Positions 14,924 through 16,000 of a DNA stretch of 16,000 nucleotides are shown here, piece by piece. A program made the position numbers and the translations under genes. The stretch's first letter is position 1. Every line of letters starts with the position of its first letter. Source of the DNA: Nitrospirillum amazonense (lineage in GTDB: Bacteria > Pseudomonadota > Alphaproteobacteria > Azospirillales > Azospirillaceae); assembly GCF_007828035.1 (NCBI RefSeq), contig NZ_VITV01000002.1:659591-675590 (forward strand), given 5' to 3'. The notes beneath the pieces were generated by a model that did not search any database, was not told the DNA's origin, and worked only from the letters and a program-made list of their open reading frames with translations.

Positions 14924-14958
14924 AAAATGGCGACGGGCATGGGAGCGATCCCATGCCC
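14924..14958 (-). terminator. probable intrinsic terminator after the second isocitrate dehydrogenase gene
   Basis: The minus strand reads GGGCATGGGA-TCGC-TCCCATGCCC (perfect 10-bp stem, 14958..14935), then GTCGCCATTTTGG. The T-run is short and 7 nt from the stem. It lies 18 nt after the stop at 14977. Confidence 0.5.
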
Positions 14959-14976
14959 GCCTGCTTACGCGCCCCC

Positions 14977-16000
14977 TTACTGGCCGGCGGCGGCGGAGAA
15001 GCCGTTGGCGCCGTCGAAGGTGTAGAGGTTGGAGCTCTGGACGAAGTCCAGGCCTTCCTTGGCGACCCGGGCCAGCAGCTCGGCCACCTGGCCGTGCTTC
15101 AGCTCATCGGCGCCGTCGGCCATGACGCGGCAGCGCCAATGGTCGGTGCAGAAGGTTTCCGGCGCGCCGTCCGGCCACACCTTCTGGCCGCGGTTGGACA
15201 CCATCACCAGCTTCAGGCCCGCGGGGATCAGCGGCTGGAACAGCGCGGCCATGTCGTCGCCGGTGCCGCCCTTGCGCTCCAGGAACACGTCCACGCCCAC
15301 CAGCTTCTTGGTCTGGGCCGGGGCGCCCTTCAGGGCGATGCCGCTGAAGCTGCTGGCGACGCCGGCCGGGTAGCTGGCGGGCACCAGGGTGGCCGGGCGA
15401 TCGCCCAGGCGGTCGATCAGGTTGGCGGCGAAGTCACGGGTGCCGATGCGGGCCTTGCTGACGCCGCGCTTGAAAATGTCGACGGTGTGGATGCCGTCCT
15501 CGATCATCTTCAGCCAGGCGTTATGGATGCGCTCAGCCGCTTCCGACTGGCCGATGTGGACCAGCATCATGACCGAGGCCAGCAGCAGGCCCGAGGGGTT
15601 GGCGATACCCTTGCCGGCGATGGTGGGGGCGGAGCCGTGGATGGCCTCGAACATGGCGCACTGGTCACCGATGTTGGAGGAACCGGCCAGGCCGACCGAG
15701 CCGGTGATCTGGGCGGCGATGTCGGAGATGATGTCGCCGTACAGGTTCAGGGTGACGATGACGTCGAAGTGCTCCGGCGTGTCCGCCAGGCGGGCGGCGC
15801 CGATGTCGACGATCATGCTCTCCGCCTCGATGTCCGGATACTCGGCGGCGATCTCGTCGAAGACCCGATGGAACAGGCCATCGGAGATCTTCATGATGTT
15901 GTCCTTCACGAAGGCCGTCACCTTGCGGCGATGGTTGGCCCGCGCGTATTCGAAGGCGTAACGGATGATCTTTTCCGAACCGGGGCGGGAGATCAGCTTC
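14977..16000 (-). CDS. isocitrate dehydrogenase of the isocitrate/isopropylmalate dehydrogenase superfamily with a ~140-aa C-terminal extension (TIGR02924-like alphaproteobacterial IDH); 5' end outside the window
   Basis: The frame stays open to the window edge. Upstream of the ORF-track start (a GTG/Val codon) it reads KLISRPGSEKIIRYAFEYARANHRRKVTAFVKDNIMK, then LNLYGDIISD and AMFEAIHGSAPTIAGKGIANPSGLLLASVMML, typical of beta-decarboxylating dehydrogenases. An extra C-terminal domain (..LVGVDVFLERKGG...HWRCRVMADG...) follows. Confidence 0.88.
   Translation of the reverse strand, partial: KLISRPGSEKIIRYAFEYARANHRRKVTAFVKDNIMKISDGLFHRVFDEIAAEYPDIEAESMIVDIGAARLADTPEHFDVIVTLNLYGDIISDIAAQITGSVGLAGSSNIGDQCAMFEAIHGSAPTIAGKGIANPSGLLLASVMMLVHIGQSEAAERIHNAWLKMIEDGIHTVDIFKRGVSKARIGTRDFAANLIDRLGDRPATLVPASYPAGVASSFSGIALKGAPAQTKKLVGVDVFLERKGGTGDDMAALFQPLIPAGLKLVMVSNRGQKVWPDGAPETFCTDHWRCRVMADGADELKHGQVAELLARVAKEGLDFVQSSNLYTFDGANGFSAAAGQ

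Noticed and set aside
1-16000. Window-wide scan for CRISPR arrays, IS elements or transposases, integrases, rRNA or tRNA genes, and phage structural genes
   Set aside because: I found no regularly spaced repeats beyond the 36-nt tandem at 9717..9752, no terminal inverted repeats flanking an ORF, and no recombinase-like, rRNA or cloverleaf sequences.

Overview
High-GC (about two-thirds G+C by eye) alphaproteobacterial-type chromosomal segment, probably Rhodospirillales-like (inference from protein sequences only). It is densely coding and mostly core metabolism. Left to right: the cbb3 oxidase operon ccoN-O-Q-(P) on the minus strand, with a perfect FNR/FixK-type box shared with a divergent DUF2189 membrane-protein gene. 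Next is a minus-strand cassette of three poorly characterised genes (DUF4287/DUF5655 protein, secreted protein, helical orphan), divergent from a YafY/WYL-domain regulator. Then an FAD monooxygenase, a YbjN/T3S-chaperone-like orphan, and a small 3-TM protein in a clearly AT-richer patch. Then a membrane-anchored LysM protein, a cytochrome c' - cytochrome b561 operon, a LOG-family protein and eukaryote-type NADP isocitrate dehydrogenase (icd). A BrnT-type toxin with an XRE-HTH antitoxin sits between icd and the cell-cycle regulator gcrA. The right edge holds a second, non-orthologous isocitrate dehydrogenase (partial). I see no rRNA, tRNA, CRISPR array, transposase or integrase. I did not find an unambiguous new multi-gene system. 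The best candidates for follow-up are the WYL-regulator cassette (3736..6237), the orphan pair with the low-GC membrane ORF (7733..8542), the non-canonical BrnT module, and the motif-dense 396-bp gcrA upstream region. Family calls come from motif recognition by eye, not database searches.
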